Assembly: GCA_013265495.1 (NCBI GenBank)
Contig: MU058540.1
Location: 2,753,696-2,817,695 of the forward strand
Source: Vicugna vicugna
Lineage: Eukaryota
Direction of reading: 5' to 3'
DNA length: 64,000 nucleotides
Positions 1 through 11,594 of the stretch are shown piece by piece. How positions within the stretch are numbered: position 1 is the stretch's first letter; every line of letters begins with the position of its first letter. Made by a program: the position numbers and the translations under genes. Below the pieces are notes generated by a model, which worked only from the letters and a program-made list of their open reading frames with translations, made no database searches and was not told the origin of the DNA.

Positions 1-234
1 GAATTCATCTAATACTTTAATCTCATTAGAAGCAAAAGGCTCTAAAGGCGCCTGGGAACCCTAGCCTATCTGGAGATGAGGGAGGGGGGACTGAGGGTAA
101 CTCTAATGCCGGCAGCGGGGAAATCACACTCTCCGGGCCTCAGGCGACCAGAGCGTAACAGCGCTCGTCTCCGCGGACAAGGCGGCACAGCCAGAGCGCG
201 CTCCCAGTAACCGCGGTTCTCGCTGCGTTTGTAG

Positions 235-345
235 CAGCTCCGTCACGACCTCCTCCGCTTTTCATTGGGCGAGCCCGTCCAATCATGTGACTCCAGTTGG
301 CGTATAAATAAGGGCGGGGAGAAGGCGGTGGTCCGCCATTTCGTG
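235..345 (+). promoter_or_regulatory. SRSF3: SRSF3 core promoter within a CpG island (about 100-800)
   Basis: Half-CRE CGTCA 241-245, ATTGG 264-268, CCAAT 279-283, TCATGTGA E/M-box 283-290, TATAAATA 303-310, GC box GGGCGGGG 312-319 and YY1-type CCGCCATTT 333-341. CpG-dense. Confidence 0.85.
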
Positions 346-453
346 GACGCCAGGTCAGCGAGAGCTTCTGCGGGAGTCTCGCGTGTGGGGAGCGGGACGA
401 CCCTGCCGAGTGTGTGTGGATTTGAGCCTCCGCGTTTTTAACACAAGATCTCG
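330..453 (+). other. SRSF3: SRSF3 non-coding exon 1 (5' UTR); start approximate
   Basis: Begins about 25-30 nt after the TATA box and ends ...AGATCTCG|GTAAGA (donor at 454), resembling the known SRSF3 5' UTR that joins to AAATGCATCGT. Confidence 0.85.
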
Positions 454-1334
454 GTAAGAGACCAGCGACTTAAGGAATGAAGTGGGAAGTGGAACTTAAC
501 AGGACCCAGGTCGGGCCGGGCCAATGGCGGTGCCAGACTGAGACAAAGAGACGCAGCCGCCATTTTGTGACGTTCAGCACGGGGCGGTGGCGGGGGCTCT
601 CGGCCCCTGGGAGGATGTTCCCAGGTCTGGAAGTGGAGGTGTTTTTAACCCTTCACTGGGAGTGGTAAGCCAGAAAGTGAGATTGCCCGAGAGTTGAGGC
701 GAAGAGGAACTCGGTAATCGGTTGTACTCGGGGCCGCGGCCTTTGAATTTATGGCGCCTTTTTTTTGGGGTGGGGGACACGTTTTCTCAGGTAGCGTCTC
801 AGGATTTTTTCAAGTCACGAATCAAGACTGGATTTTTCGACCCATATTAAGTGATTTTTGTAGTCACCTCATTTTTGTAATTTTAACTTGACTTCACTTT
901 ATACAGCCTGAATCTATAGTTTTTTTTTTTTTTTGAAACCGATCTTCCTTGAGCTGAATTGTTCTTGTAGCTGCTTCCTGTTAATACGTAGGCCTGAAAC
1001 TGGTCACGGTAGTGCCCCCCCCCCAAACCATTCCCTAGCAATGATTTAGTCTCAGAACTTTTGGGCACAGGGTGAGGTCATGCAAATAGGATGTGTCTGG
1101 ACTGGCGTTTTAAAATTTGATTAGCCCAGAGTGAGAACATGGTGTTTGCAACAGCCCTTCAGCTGAGTTATGGGACAGGCTGCTTTTTCTGTGCAATTGA
1201 TACTGGCTTGTAAGTCGACTAGATTCATTGCTGAGGCGCCTTTATAAGTAGTGAAGATTTATCAGATGTAAGCCCTCAAAGTGCCGTAAAATCATAACGA
1301 ATACCTATTATCCCCACCCGAGGCGAAAGTAACG

Positions 1335-1710
1335 TAAGATTCATTTTAAAGTGCACGATTCAGAGGTATTTGGTACAGTCCAATGTTGTGCAACATCACC
1401 TCTAGTTCCAAAACATTTTATACCCCCTAAGGAGAGGTGTACACGTTAAGTAGCCACTCCCTGTTTGCCCTATCCCACTCCTCCCCTACCTAGCCCCCGG
1501 TAGCCACTACTCTCTGGATTTACCCATTTTGGATATTTCGTATGCGTGGAGTCTACGTTTGTGCGGTTCTGCGTCTGGTATCAAATTTAGCATCCAGCCT
1601 TCAAGTTTGTAGCATTTTTGAGTACTTCATTTTTGAATTGTACTTCATTCCTCTGTTGCGGATAATTTAACCATTTGTTGCTGGACTTGGGTTAACATCT
1701 TTTGGCTGTT
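1335..1710 (-). mobile_element. Old L1M 3' UTR fragment in SRSF3 intron 1
   Basis: Typical antisense L1M 3' end text (aagtgcacgattcag...ttgtgcaacatcacc...ttccaaaacattttt...ggatatttc). Boundaries approximate. Confidence 0.65.
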
Positions 1711-2237
1711 GAGAATACAGTGAGGTACAATTTAAAAAGTTTGTCTTGCTGCTTGAGGATTATGAAGCTGGTTAAGTTTTTTGTGAAGGCACATTTGTAT
1801 CACTTTTCTAGTGGTTTAGCCTTAACTGCTGTATTTCTTAAGCATTTCATTTCGTTTTTTAAGTATTGTCAGTTTACAGTTCATTTTGTTTTTGAGTCTT
1901 CAGGATTTGCTTACCTTTCTCAGTGCCTGGTGAAAAAAATTTTTTTGAGGTTCATTGAAATAGCAGGTAAAGTCCCTAACTGCCTACTTTGTGGTAAATG
2001 CTCCTCCAGGGTATTTTTTTCCCCCTCATTTTTTGGGGGAGGCAGTCTTTTGTTTTATTTTTAATGCAATTTGTGCTGGCTTCCAGGCAGTTATCTGTAA
2101 TGATTGGGGTGAGTCTGGGTGTTTCAAGGGCAGTACTTTTACTTTTTTGGTTTTTAGTATTTTTGAGTTCTTTCCAAAGACTAGTTTTTTCACTGTGTGG
2201 ATTATGATATTTGGGGTATTTTCTTTTTGTTACAGAA

Positions 2238-2443
2238 ATGCATCGTGATTCCTGTCCATTGGACTGTAAAGTTTATGTAGGTAATCTTGGAAACAATGGT
2301 AACAAGACTGAATTGGAACGAGCTTTTGGCTATTACGGACCACTCCGAAGTGTTTGGGTTGCTAGAAACCCTCCCGGCTTTGCTTTTGTTGAATTTGAAG
2401 ATCCTCGAGATGCAGCGGATGCTGTCCGAGAGCTAGATGGGAG
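2238..2443 (+). CDS. SRSF3: SRSF3 exon 2 coding part (ATG; N-terminal [21 protein letters not shown]...ELDGR)
   Basis: Acceptor TTACAG| at 2235, ATG 2238, RNP2 VYVGNL and RNP1 PPGFAFVEF, donor GAG|GTAATT. 206 nt. Confidence 0.98.
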
Positions 2444-3699
2444 GTAATTTACTAATTTATACTAATGGTAAATGTTGCTTGTGTTTAATATTTAAAATCT
2501 CTAGGATACGTGACTTTTAGATGGCTTCTTGGCTGTCTGAAGTTGATGTTATTGGAGATTCACATAAACCTGTTTTTGCAATCAAAAGGACTGAACAGTT
2601 TTAGTGAAGATATGTAGGAAACATTTCTGTTCAGTTGACCATTGAAGAAAGTAACCTTTAACAGTCCTTGGTTGAGTGGATAGGTGCATTCAGAAAACCC
2701 TTGAGACGTTTGAATCTAAACCTTCCATAGAGCACTGTTGTCCCCTTTGAATTGTTTGTAAAGTAATTGTGGAATCAAACATGGCCTTGTGGCCACAAAT
2801 TGATTGTAGCTGGATAGTGGTTACATGGATTTATTGTACCATTATCTTTTACACAGGTTTGAAATAGTTTGTTTAGGAAGTGTGTGGATCATACAGCTAT
2901 TTCCCTTTGCATTTACAGTGTCCTATTACCTGTTGTAACACCTGTGTCTTCAGTGAACAGGTGTTGTTTCCCTTCTCCTTCCTGGTATTTGAAAACCACT
3001 GGATTTCATGAAAGCAAGAATTCAATCTTCAAGATCCCAAAATTAAGGGGTCTGAGGGTTGGCAGTACAGCTTTATAAAAGGTCATTTATTTAAGTAGAT
3101 TACAGAAATTAAAAATTTTCCAGGGTCCCACCTCTTCCTAGTCATTTTCCAAATTTAGTGGCTTATCTAAATTCAGTGTTTGTGGACCAATGAAAAGGTG
3201 GGAGATAACTATTTTTCTGTATTCTCAGCTGCAGTTTATTATGTATGTGTCAACTATCGTGTTGTGATTGAGGGGAGATGGTGATGTTAAATGACCAGAA
3301 TGCTTCTGTCCTGTTTATTGCTGTTTAATTGGTTGGGGGGGGTGGAGACCGATGAATACGGTATAGTAAGGTTAGTAAACAGTTGTTGGGACCTCAGAAG
3401 AAGTCACAATAGGATGTACAGATGAACTAGTTCTTTGAGGATGAATCCAGAGGTTTTCACACTTAAATTGCGACTGTTAACATTGAGCCCAATGATCTGA
3501 CTAACAAAGATGTAAGGAAGTTGGTGTTCTTTACTAGAAAAAAATGAGGGAACTGAAATTTGTTTTGGTATTAAGGATTCTGCAGACATTCAGGTATGTT
3601 CTTTGCAAAGAAGCTAACTATAGGAGAGTTGTTTTGTTTTGCTTTGATACACTTGAAGGTCAACTTTCCTGATTTAAATTTAACATTTCTTGCCCCCAG

Positions 3700-3834
3700 A
3701 ACACTGTGTGGCTGCCGAGTAAGGGTGGAACTGTCCAATGGTGAAAAGAGAAGTCGAAATCGTGGACCGCCTCCCTCTTGGGGTCGTCGCCCTCGAGATG
3801 ATTATCGGAGAAGGAGTCCTCCACCCCGCCGCAG
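3700..3834 (+). CDS. SRSF3: SRSF3 exon 3 ([44 protein letters not shown])
   Basis: CCCCCAG| acceptor, CAG|GTACTT donor, 135 nt, in phase with exon 2. Confidence 0.98.
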
Positions 3835-4659
3835 GTACTTAGAGCGTGTTTTGAGGTATTGATGTAATGGAGTAGCTAATAGGAGCAGGTATTTCTCTTA
3901 AAGTTTTTGGTGGGTTTTAAACTGAAGAATCAGAGGTTTTTATGAAACATTTGCTGGGTGTAGTTTGGGGTATGTGAGTTGTGCTGAGTGTTGGCTTTTG
4001 TCTTTAGATCACTGTTCATGTTGGTAGTCAGTAACTTCTATCTTGGATCTATCTTCTAGTTCATCTTCTAGTTGCATCTTTCCAAGTCTTCCCTTATACT
4101 TCAATTTAGGCCTTTTTCCATTTCTTGACTCCATAATGACAGACATTACATTCAACTCTAGCTCTTCACAAAAATGTGTTTTCTACTATTAGCACGATTG
4201 TAATATTTATCAAACAGGCAGCTGTTTTAATGTTAACTGGTAAATTAGATATCATTTCTGAAACTAACTTAAGTCACTGACCAAAAAAGGGGGCTAAAGT
4301 AATCCCAGTCATCTGTTCTTCAAACCCAAATAGGAGAGAATTCAGTTTTTTTTATAATTGAAAATGGCATCATTCTTGGGCCAGGCAGTATTGTCTGGAT
4401 GCTGACTCCACATCTCCTCAAAACTTCAAAATAGTTTCTATAGGACTGAATTTACCTCTTACAGGTGAGTGGAGTCCTTCTAGGAGATAGGAGTTCAAAA
4501 TCTTGCCCCTTTTGCTGTGTTGAAAGACAAAACAACACACTGTTGCCCATCATAATAAAGAGTATTTGTTAGCTAATAGATGGTTGTACTGATGGCTTGT
4601 TTTTCATTTTTTTTTGTGCTTTTTGGTCCATCTATTAATAAAAATGAACCCCGTTACAG

Positions 4660-5117
4660 AGTCACCATCATGTCTCTTCTCACCACCCTCTGAGTCTGCA
4701 TTAGCCAGTCAACTAGCCCTTTCAGCGTCATGTGACCAGCGCGCCCCATTCAGCTTGGCTGGTGTCGTTTCACATGACCCAGGCATGGCCAGTCGTCAGG
4801 TTGCACCGCCCTTTGGTTCCCGAGCATGCTGTTTTCTCTCAGCCTTCTCTCCAACCTTAACCAAATCGGCAGCAGCCACCTCGACCGCCCACACATTCCT
4901 GGCCAATCAGCTCAGCTGTTTATTTACCAAATGTCTTCACAACAACTACAGCAGCAGCCTTCGGCTAACAAAAAAGCAGGAAAAATCCACAACACCCCCT
5001 TCGCCAACCAACTAAATCCAACGCAACATCTGGCAAAACCTTTTCAGCAAATTCTTCCTGGCCGTCAGTCCGGCAGCCTCACCTCACCATTTCTAGCTTG
5101 TTGAAACCCAAAAACTA
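4660..5117 (+). other. SRSF3: SRSF3 alternative poison cassette exon 4 (premature stop, NMD autoregulation)
   Basis: Acceptor GTTACAG| at 4659 and donor CTA|GTAAGT at 5118. Inclusion reads R-VTIMSLLTTL-stop (TGA 4691-4693), the known truncated SRSF3 tail. The exon is rich in CNYC/CAAC SRSF3-type motifs. Confidence 0.93.
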
Positions 5118-5991
5118 GTAAGTTTTTCCTGCTTATACAGTTTACTGCTGGTTAAAATAAGGAGTAAGCGGCTTAAAGTAATTCTTTTTTCTGGATCAAA
5201 GGCTGGCTGTGCATAATTGAATGGTAACGTACATATATATTGCTTGAATAAAACTTTTAAGGGTGATAGGGAACTCATAATGTAACTAGACCTTCAAGTG
5301 AAACTTATTTGCATGTGTGAGATGCCAAACTAAAATTTTTAATAACTCTAACAGATTTAGCTTTCTTTTCTAGCAAAAATTTGTTGTATCCTATCACCTT
5401 TAAATGGTTTTACTAACAGTTCTCAAATTTTTTAAATTTTGGGGGTGAAGTGGGCCAAGCTAAGGTAATTTTGATAAGCCTAAACACACTCTTAAATGTG
5501 ACGATCACAAATGCAGTTCTAATGTAGCACTTAATGGCATCAATATTTACACCTAGCGCGTTTTCACAGAATTACACTATCCACCTGGTACCTAAGTCTT
5601 GTCATGGACTTACAGGTTTGCATGGGTTCCAAATACTGGTTTATGGTACTGTTTTTGGAACTACTTGTGGGACTACATTTTGGTGTGGTGTTTGGGTAGT
5701 GAAGTTAGTTTGACGTGAAGTCTTGCATTGGACAGATCTGCTGTGAAGCATTCTTTGTTAAAGTGAATCCATGGTTGGAATACCTGCTTTTCACTTGAGC
5801 TTTTGGTTCCTTAATCCTTCTATACTTTTTTTTTTCTTTTCTTTTTTTTTTAATTTTTAATTTTTTGGACGATGGGTGCCAGTTCTTCGGCACATTCACT
5901 GGGCCCAACAGTGAGATTGAAAAGTTGGGAAATGCCTCACGCCATAAATGCTAATCGACAGTTAGCCTAATTTTCCTGTTTCTGCTTTTAG

Positions 5992-6030
5992 ATCTCCAAG
6001 ACGGAGAAGCTTCTCTCGCAGCCGGAGCAG
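5992..6030 (+). CDS. SRSF3: SRSF3 coding exon (RS domain, SPRRRSFSRSRS)
   Basis: TTTTAG| acceptor, CAG|GTAAAT donor, 39 nt, phase consistent. Confidence 0.97.
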
Positions 6031-6261
6031 GTAAATAACTACCATTTTGGGGCCACATTCTTAGGCATGCAAGTGTTTTGCTGTTCCTAAGGTGTTTTCC
6101 AAGCGATGTGGTTATTGGTAATAGACTTTGATTTTAGTAATGAGTCAAATAGCATATAGAGCCAGTTGTAAGAATGAACCAGCTTTTTAGTTTTCAGAAA
6201 CTTGGAAATATTTGTTGTGTATAGTTCTGAATGGCCCTATTTTTCTTTTCTCTGACTTCAG

Positions 6262-6348
6262 GTCCCTTTCTAGAGATAGGAGAAGAGAGAGATCGCTGTC
6301 TCGGGAAAGAAATCACAAGCCATCCCGTTCTTTCTCTAGGTCTCGTAG
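6262..6348 (+). CDS. SRSF3: SRSF3 coding exon (RS domain, [28 protein letters not shown])
   Basis: TTCAG| acceptor, TAG|GTAAGA donor, 87 nt. Confidence 0.97.
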
Positions 6349-6526
6349 GTAAGATCTTAAATGATCTATGCCATGTAAGACCTTGCATACGTAATGTACT
6401 AAAAACAAACAGGTCGTCTCTTAAGCCATTTGACACAATTTTAATAACTTTACCATGAAAAATCTTTGGATGACATCAGAGTGTAATCAAGTTACAGGTG
6501 TAACTTTTATTTTTCTGTTTCTTTAG

Positions 6527-6554
6527 CCGATCTAGGTCAAATGAAAGGAAATAG
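6527..6554 (+). CDS. SRSF3: SRSF3 last coding exon (RSRSNERK-stop)
   Basis: CTTTAG| acceptor and TAG at 6552-6554. Exon lengths 206+135+39+87+28 = 495 nt = 164 aa plus stop. Confidence 0.97.
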
Positions 6555-7490
6555 AAGACCTGTTTGCAAGAGGAGTGGTGTACAGGAAATAACTTCATTT
6601 GACAGGAGTATGTACAGAAAATTCAAGTTTTGTTTGAGACTTCATAAGCTTGGTGCATTTTTAAGATGTTTTAGCTGTTCACATTTGTTTGTCTCTTGGA
6701 ACAGTGACACATAAAGATGTAATTCTCTATGGTTTAAAATGGATCATATGAGGCATGTAATACCAAGAATTGTTACTTTACAATGTTCCCTTAAGCAAAA
6801 TTGAATTTGCTTTGAATTTTAGTCATACATAGACATAATAAACCTCTATAATAAACTTCTAGCTCCTCCAGCTAAAGTGTGATTAATACTATGGAAACAA
6901 AACTGGCAAAAATTGTAACAACTTTGCATAGCTGGGATATGGTATGCAGCTATAGTTGAACAAGCAGTCTAAAGCTGCTATGAATAAAAGCCAGCAGGTA
7001 AAAATTAAAGCTGCACCATTAAGCTAGATTAGAGGTTTTAAAATCTCACTAGTCTTCACACTGGACAAGAGGTTGTCCAGTTGGTGTAGAATCTTAAGTT
7101 TCAAGAAAGTTAGTTTACCTTTGCTTTAGGTCATAAGTTCTTTTTGTGATTGCTGTATATGAATACATAGCTTTTTTGTAACATTCTTTATTGGGAAATT
7201 TGAGACTATCCAAGATACCAGTGTCCTGCCAGTTTAAGGGTACATTGTAGAGCTGAACTTCTGAGTTACTGTGCAAGATTTTTTTTCATGCTGTCATTTG
7301 TAATGTTTTGTGAGAATCCTTGGGATTAAAGTTTTGGTTACAATTGTTGTTTAACCTGAAAGCCTGTTTTTCCTTGCAAAAGTAAAATCTGTGAGCTTGG
7401 TACCAAGTCCAGGTATAACATTCCTATTGGAAGCCATACTTATTTTCTTGTAAAGTGCTTTTGACAATAAAAATATTAGCATAATTATGT
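6555..7490 (+). terminator. SRSF3: SRSF3 3' UTR with alternative poly(A) signals
   Basis: AATAAA at 6837-6842, 6850-6855, 6983-6988 and 7466-7471, with several upstream TGTA motifs. Cleavage sites approximate. Confidence 0.8.
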
Positions 7491-10065
7491 AATAGTCAAA
7501 CCCACTATTACCATAGTTTCTTGTCCCATAAAAGGCAGTTGGTTACACAAATCTTACTTTGTAAGAAACACAATTGAGGCTTTTGAAGAAAAGGGAATTT
7601 TTGGTTGTCCACCTAAGTGGTAATACATTTTTTTTAGGAGTAGAAGCCACTTCAAAGTCTTTGATACTCAGTGACCAACATTTTAAAGTACAGCCATCTG
7701 ATATAACCCAAAGTTACCATAAAAAAGGCTTTTATCATTAGCATGAGAGCTTTCCACAAAGCTTTAAAAATTGCTTCTATTTTATATAATTTGAGGTGTT
7801 GCATGGGAATTCTAGACTGATCCATCATGATGTAAAATCCACTATGGTTCAAATGTAAGTGCAGAACTGACTATGGAGGCATGCATAACTTTCCTCTTAG
7901 AAATCTAGAGGAGTTGTGACTTCAAATTTTTGTGCAATTAGATTAAATCATAATGCAACAGTCTTGTGGCTTAGTTTCCTTAAATGTGCTAAAGATAGTT
8001 TTGGATTATGCTGTACTGTCTTTAATATGAAAGATAAGTCATTGCTTTAATCTTTAAGGATATTTTATAAGATGTAGGTTCTAAACAAGTTATTTCCAGT
8101 GGTCCTTATCGGGAGAAGAGAGTTACTGGTGACATGGGAGAATTGTCAGTGAAGTTCAGTATGAGCCTTAATATAGAAGACACTTTTGAGACTGCCTATT
8201 GACTTACTGGGAGCTCTGGCTTTGGGCCTTTAGTCTTGACATTTCATAGCCTAAACTTCGTTAGGAGCAAGGCAAGATAGCTAATAATTCATGGAAGTAA
8301 TACGGTACATCAATAATTACACTGCTCTTATAAATTTATAAGGGCATTTTTGGCAGTAAACAACTTGCTGAAAGCTTTTTTTTTTTTTTAAAGGATGGTA
8401 GCTTATGGCTATAATATGGCTAATACAGAACCTGATAAAAAGTCAACCTCAGGGAGCTATCTGACCTTAGGGTCCAAATTTGTAATCACTTTAACCAGAA
8501 GCCCTAGCACAGGTTTATGGCTTGTAGAAAAAAAAAAGGAAGACAGAAATGGTTAAACCCTTGCATTCTACATTTACATTATGGCTATTAAAAGGTCTAT
8601 AGTTCCTGTAATTTCTGAAATTATAAGTCCCTTTAGCCAGCTGTCATGCATCCTAAGTTGAGGATGTTAATGAAAGCAGTCACAAAAACTTGACTTTTGG
8701 GGTAGTGATTACATGTGTTCACTAGAGGTCACTTAATACTTGGTGATAATGTAAGGAAACATAACATTTGAGGATTATAGTTGGTTTTTATACTTGCAAG
8801 AATATATAACATTTTGTAGTTCTCAGTTCATTGTGGGTTACTTATGACTTCCATGTCTTAAGCAGAAAAAGGTGAAGACAAAGATAAATTAGAGAAATTT
8901 TATGAGAAGTAGATACCATTTATCTAGGTTTATACTCTTTCCAGTTCAAAAGATCACATGGTCAGTAGATGGCATCTCTACCTTTTTAGTTAGACTCCTG
9001 TCTGGATGAGAAATCCTGGTTGCTTTTTATTGTAGTCATTAGTTCATATTCGTACAGCGCTTTATCTGGAATGGCATTGATTACAGAAGGTTTTCAAAAT
9101 CACAGCCTGATTCCAGGCACATTGATTAGTTTTCCCATCCTGGTTATATAAGAACCACTGGTTTAGTACTTTGTCTTAAATGTGCTTTTATTTTCAGAAT
9201 CCTAAACATGATTTAGTTGTCAGATCTAGTTTGGTGGGTAATGTCTTCTAGTTGTATATTTTTGTACTAGACTGTTGCCTTCTGGTTTTTCTTTTCTTTT
9301 TTTTGAGAACATGAAAGATTTTTATAATTAAAGTAGCTGAAGAAAAACTGGGTTGGAGTATATTTTTATCAAAACAATCTGATAGTGTTGAATTCAGTTT
9401 TATGTGTCCACACAAATTCTCTTAATTCTGTTAAAGATTCATTGAATACTTGAAAAGAATTCAGCTATATACAGCATACTTGTGAGGTTCTAAGAAGATA
9501 CATTGAAAATTTGTCTTGATAAATAGTGTAACTGCTTGATTTTGTTCATACAACTTACCCCCTTATTGGGACTGCAGAAATTCATAATACAGTATTTAGA
9601 CTCATTGTTCGGTATCCCAGTTCTTTTCTCTACCTGGACGGAACACGTGAGAACAGCCAAAATGTTTCCTAGACTAAACACGTGAAATAAACGTGTAGAG
9701 CGTTAACTTTTCTCATCTTTAGTTTTTCCTTAGTTCTCTCTGACATGCATAAAACATTGTATTATATGATTATTTTACTGAAGTCTTAAAATCTGGCCAT
9801 CTAGTGCCTTAACTGTGTATGTATTTATAGTCTTGAAGTGAAAATCTCTGGAAACATTGATACTTAGCTTCTTTGCTAAGTATCAGTACTTAATTTGGAG
9901 AGGTTCTTTATTTCCAGGGCAGAATTTAAGCCTTCCAGAAAAGTGGTTTATAGGTGACTTCCCTTTCTTTTTGAAGTCTTACTTGTGAACTGGCATCTTC
10001 GTTTCAGTACATAACGCATTCAGATTAATTTAGGGCAAGTCAGCATCCTTTAGTGGTCTTTATTT

Positions 10066-10110
10066 TATATATATATATATTATATATATATATATATATA
10101 TTTTTTTTTT
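10066..10110. repeat. (TA)n microsatellite followed by poly-T
   Basis: Read directly from the sequence. Confidence 0.95.
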
Positions 10111-11594
10111 GCCAAGTCCCAAAACTACAGTCAAGGGGGAAAGTTGCTGAAAGATTGCTTAAGAAAGCTGCCTTGGAAGGGAGTGGGGGTTATTTGTATT
10201 GATCATTTGAAAGAGGGAATGAAAAGGATCAGTATAAAAATCAGCACTGTTTTGAGAACTAAAAATTATTTTTGAAAGAATAATTCCCTCAGGAAACAAT
10301 TTCTAGGTCCTTTTAAACTTAGGCAGCTGGTACTTTTAACCCAATCCAGCTGGCTCTGCCATATGTTTTATAATGAAACTTAGTTTAGATAAAATGATCA
10401 ATGTTAAGTTTCAACAAGAGTACTTTGCAAATAAATACAAATTGGAATATTGATTTGTCATTTAATCTTGTGTCACACCTTTCCCACGTGGTAATCTGAC
10501 AAAGGCATTTTATGTGGAAGGGGGTACAGTTAGAAGGCACAACACCAGCTCAGTATCTAAAAGTATGAGCTATCTGATCTGTGTTCAGTATTAGGATGTT
10601 GAAGCCTTGAACTAAACAATTTCATGTTCACCTGTTTTAGATTAGAATAAGAGCTGTTGGTTGTAGGGCTTTTAAATGCCCTAAGAATCTTGGCATTCTG
10701 GAGTGCCAAGATTGGATCTGGAGTGAGATGGCAAATAATTAGTTGAGGGTCCTTTGAAAAGCCCCTTAGCAACAATAGAAAACAAGTGAATGGAGTCAGA
10801 TGGTAAGGTACTGGGGGGTAGGGGAAGGACTAAAGGCAGAGCTCACAGATAAAGGCTACATAAAGAATCTGAGGTGAAGGAGAAATGAGTACCTTAATCT
10901 AGTCATAATGTAGAAGTGTAGAGGTAAGGAACAAATTGAGTGCACATCTGCTCTAGGATTTGGAAATAAAACTGAAAGGACTCTTAAATTCATGAATTTG
11001 AAATGATTCTAGTCTGATGATGATTTTGTACTTTTCTTCCGTCCTCCTTCAAATAAACAGTGTGGGATAATTTGTGCAGCTTCAGTACTGGCAGGAAGGC
11101 CAAGGATGAAATGGCTGGTTTCATGTGTCCCAGCTGTCTGGAGTTTAATGGAGACAAGAAATTTACTGAAAATCCTGGTTGGTCTTCAGTTGGCAATCCA
11201 TCTGACATGAAATTAGCTTCCAGAAGTGAGGTTGGGAGCAGAAGTTGCCCAGTAAGGAGTAGGTGAACACTGATAATTTGGAGAGGACTAACATCTGAAT
11301 CTTTGAAAGCAGCTGCCTTTTAGGATGCTGGAAGCTTTGGTGAAGAACTGGAGTGGTCAGGAAGGGAAGGTTTTTAAAAATTGATTAATTTTTGCCCTAT
11401 CTGCCCCACCACTTCTTTCTCTGGCCAGTTACGTTCTCCAGGAAATGAAGTTTTGTTTTTGAGTACTGCTCTGCCAAACATTGTCCAGGGCCTTTTTCTT
11501 ATGTGATGCTTAATCACTTGAGAGGTGAGTATCCTTGTTAAAGAGGGCGGAAGAAAGTTCCTGACACTTCATTCCTCATTGAACTGAATAAGTA

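Noticed and set aside
5116..5994. A split-ORF2 starting in the poison exon and reading into the RS domain, as in SRSF7
   Set aside because: In the RS-domain frame the exon 4/exon 5 junction itself forms TA|A, a stop codon, so no in-frame fusion is possible.
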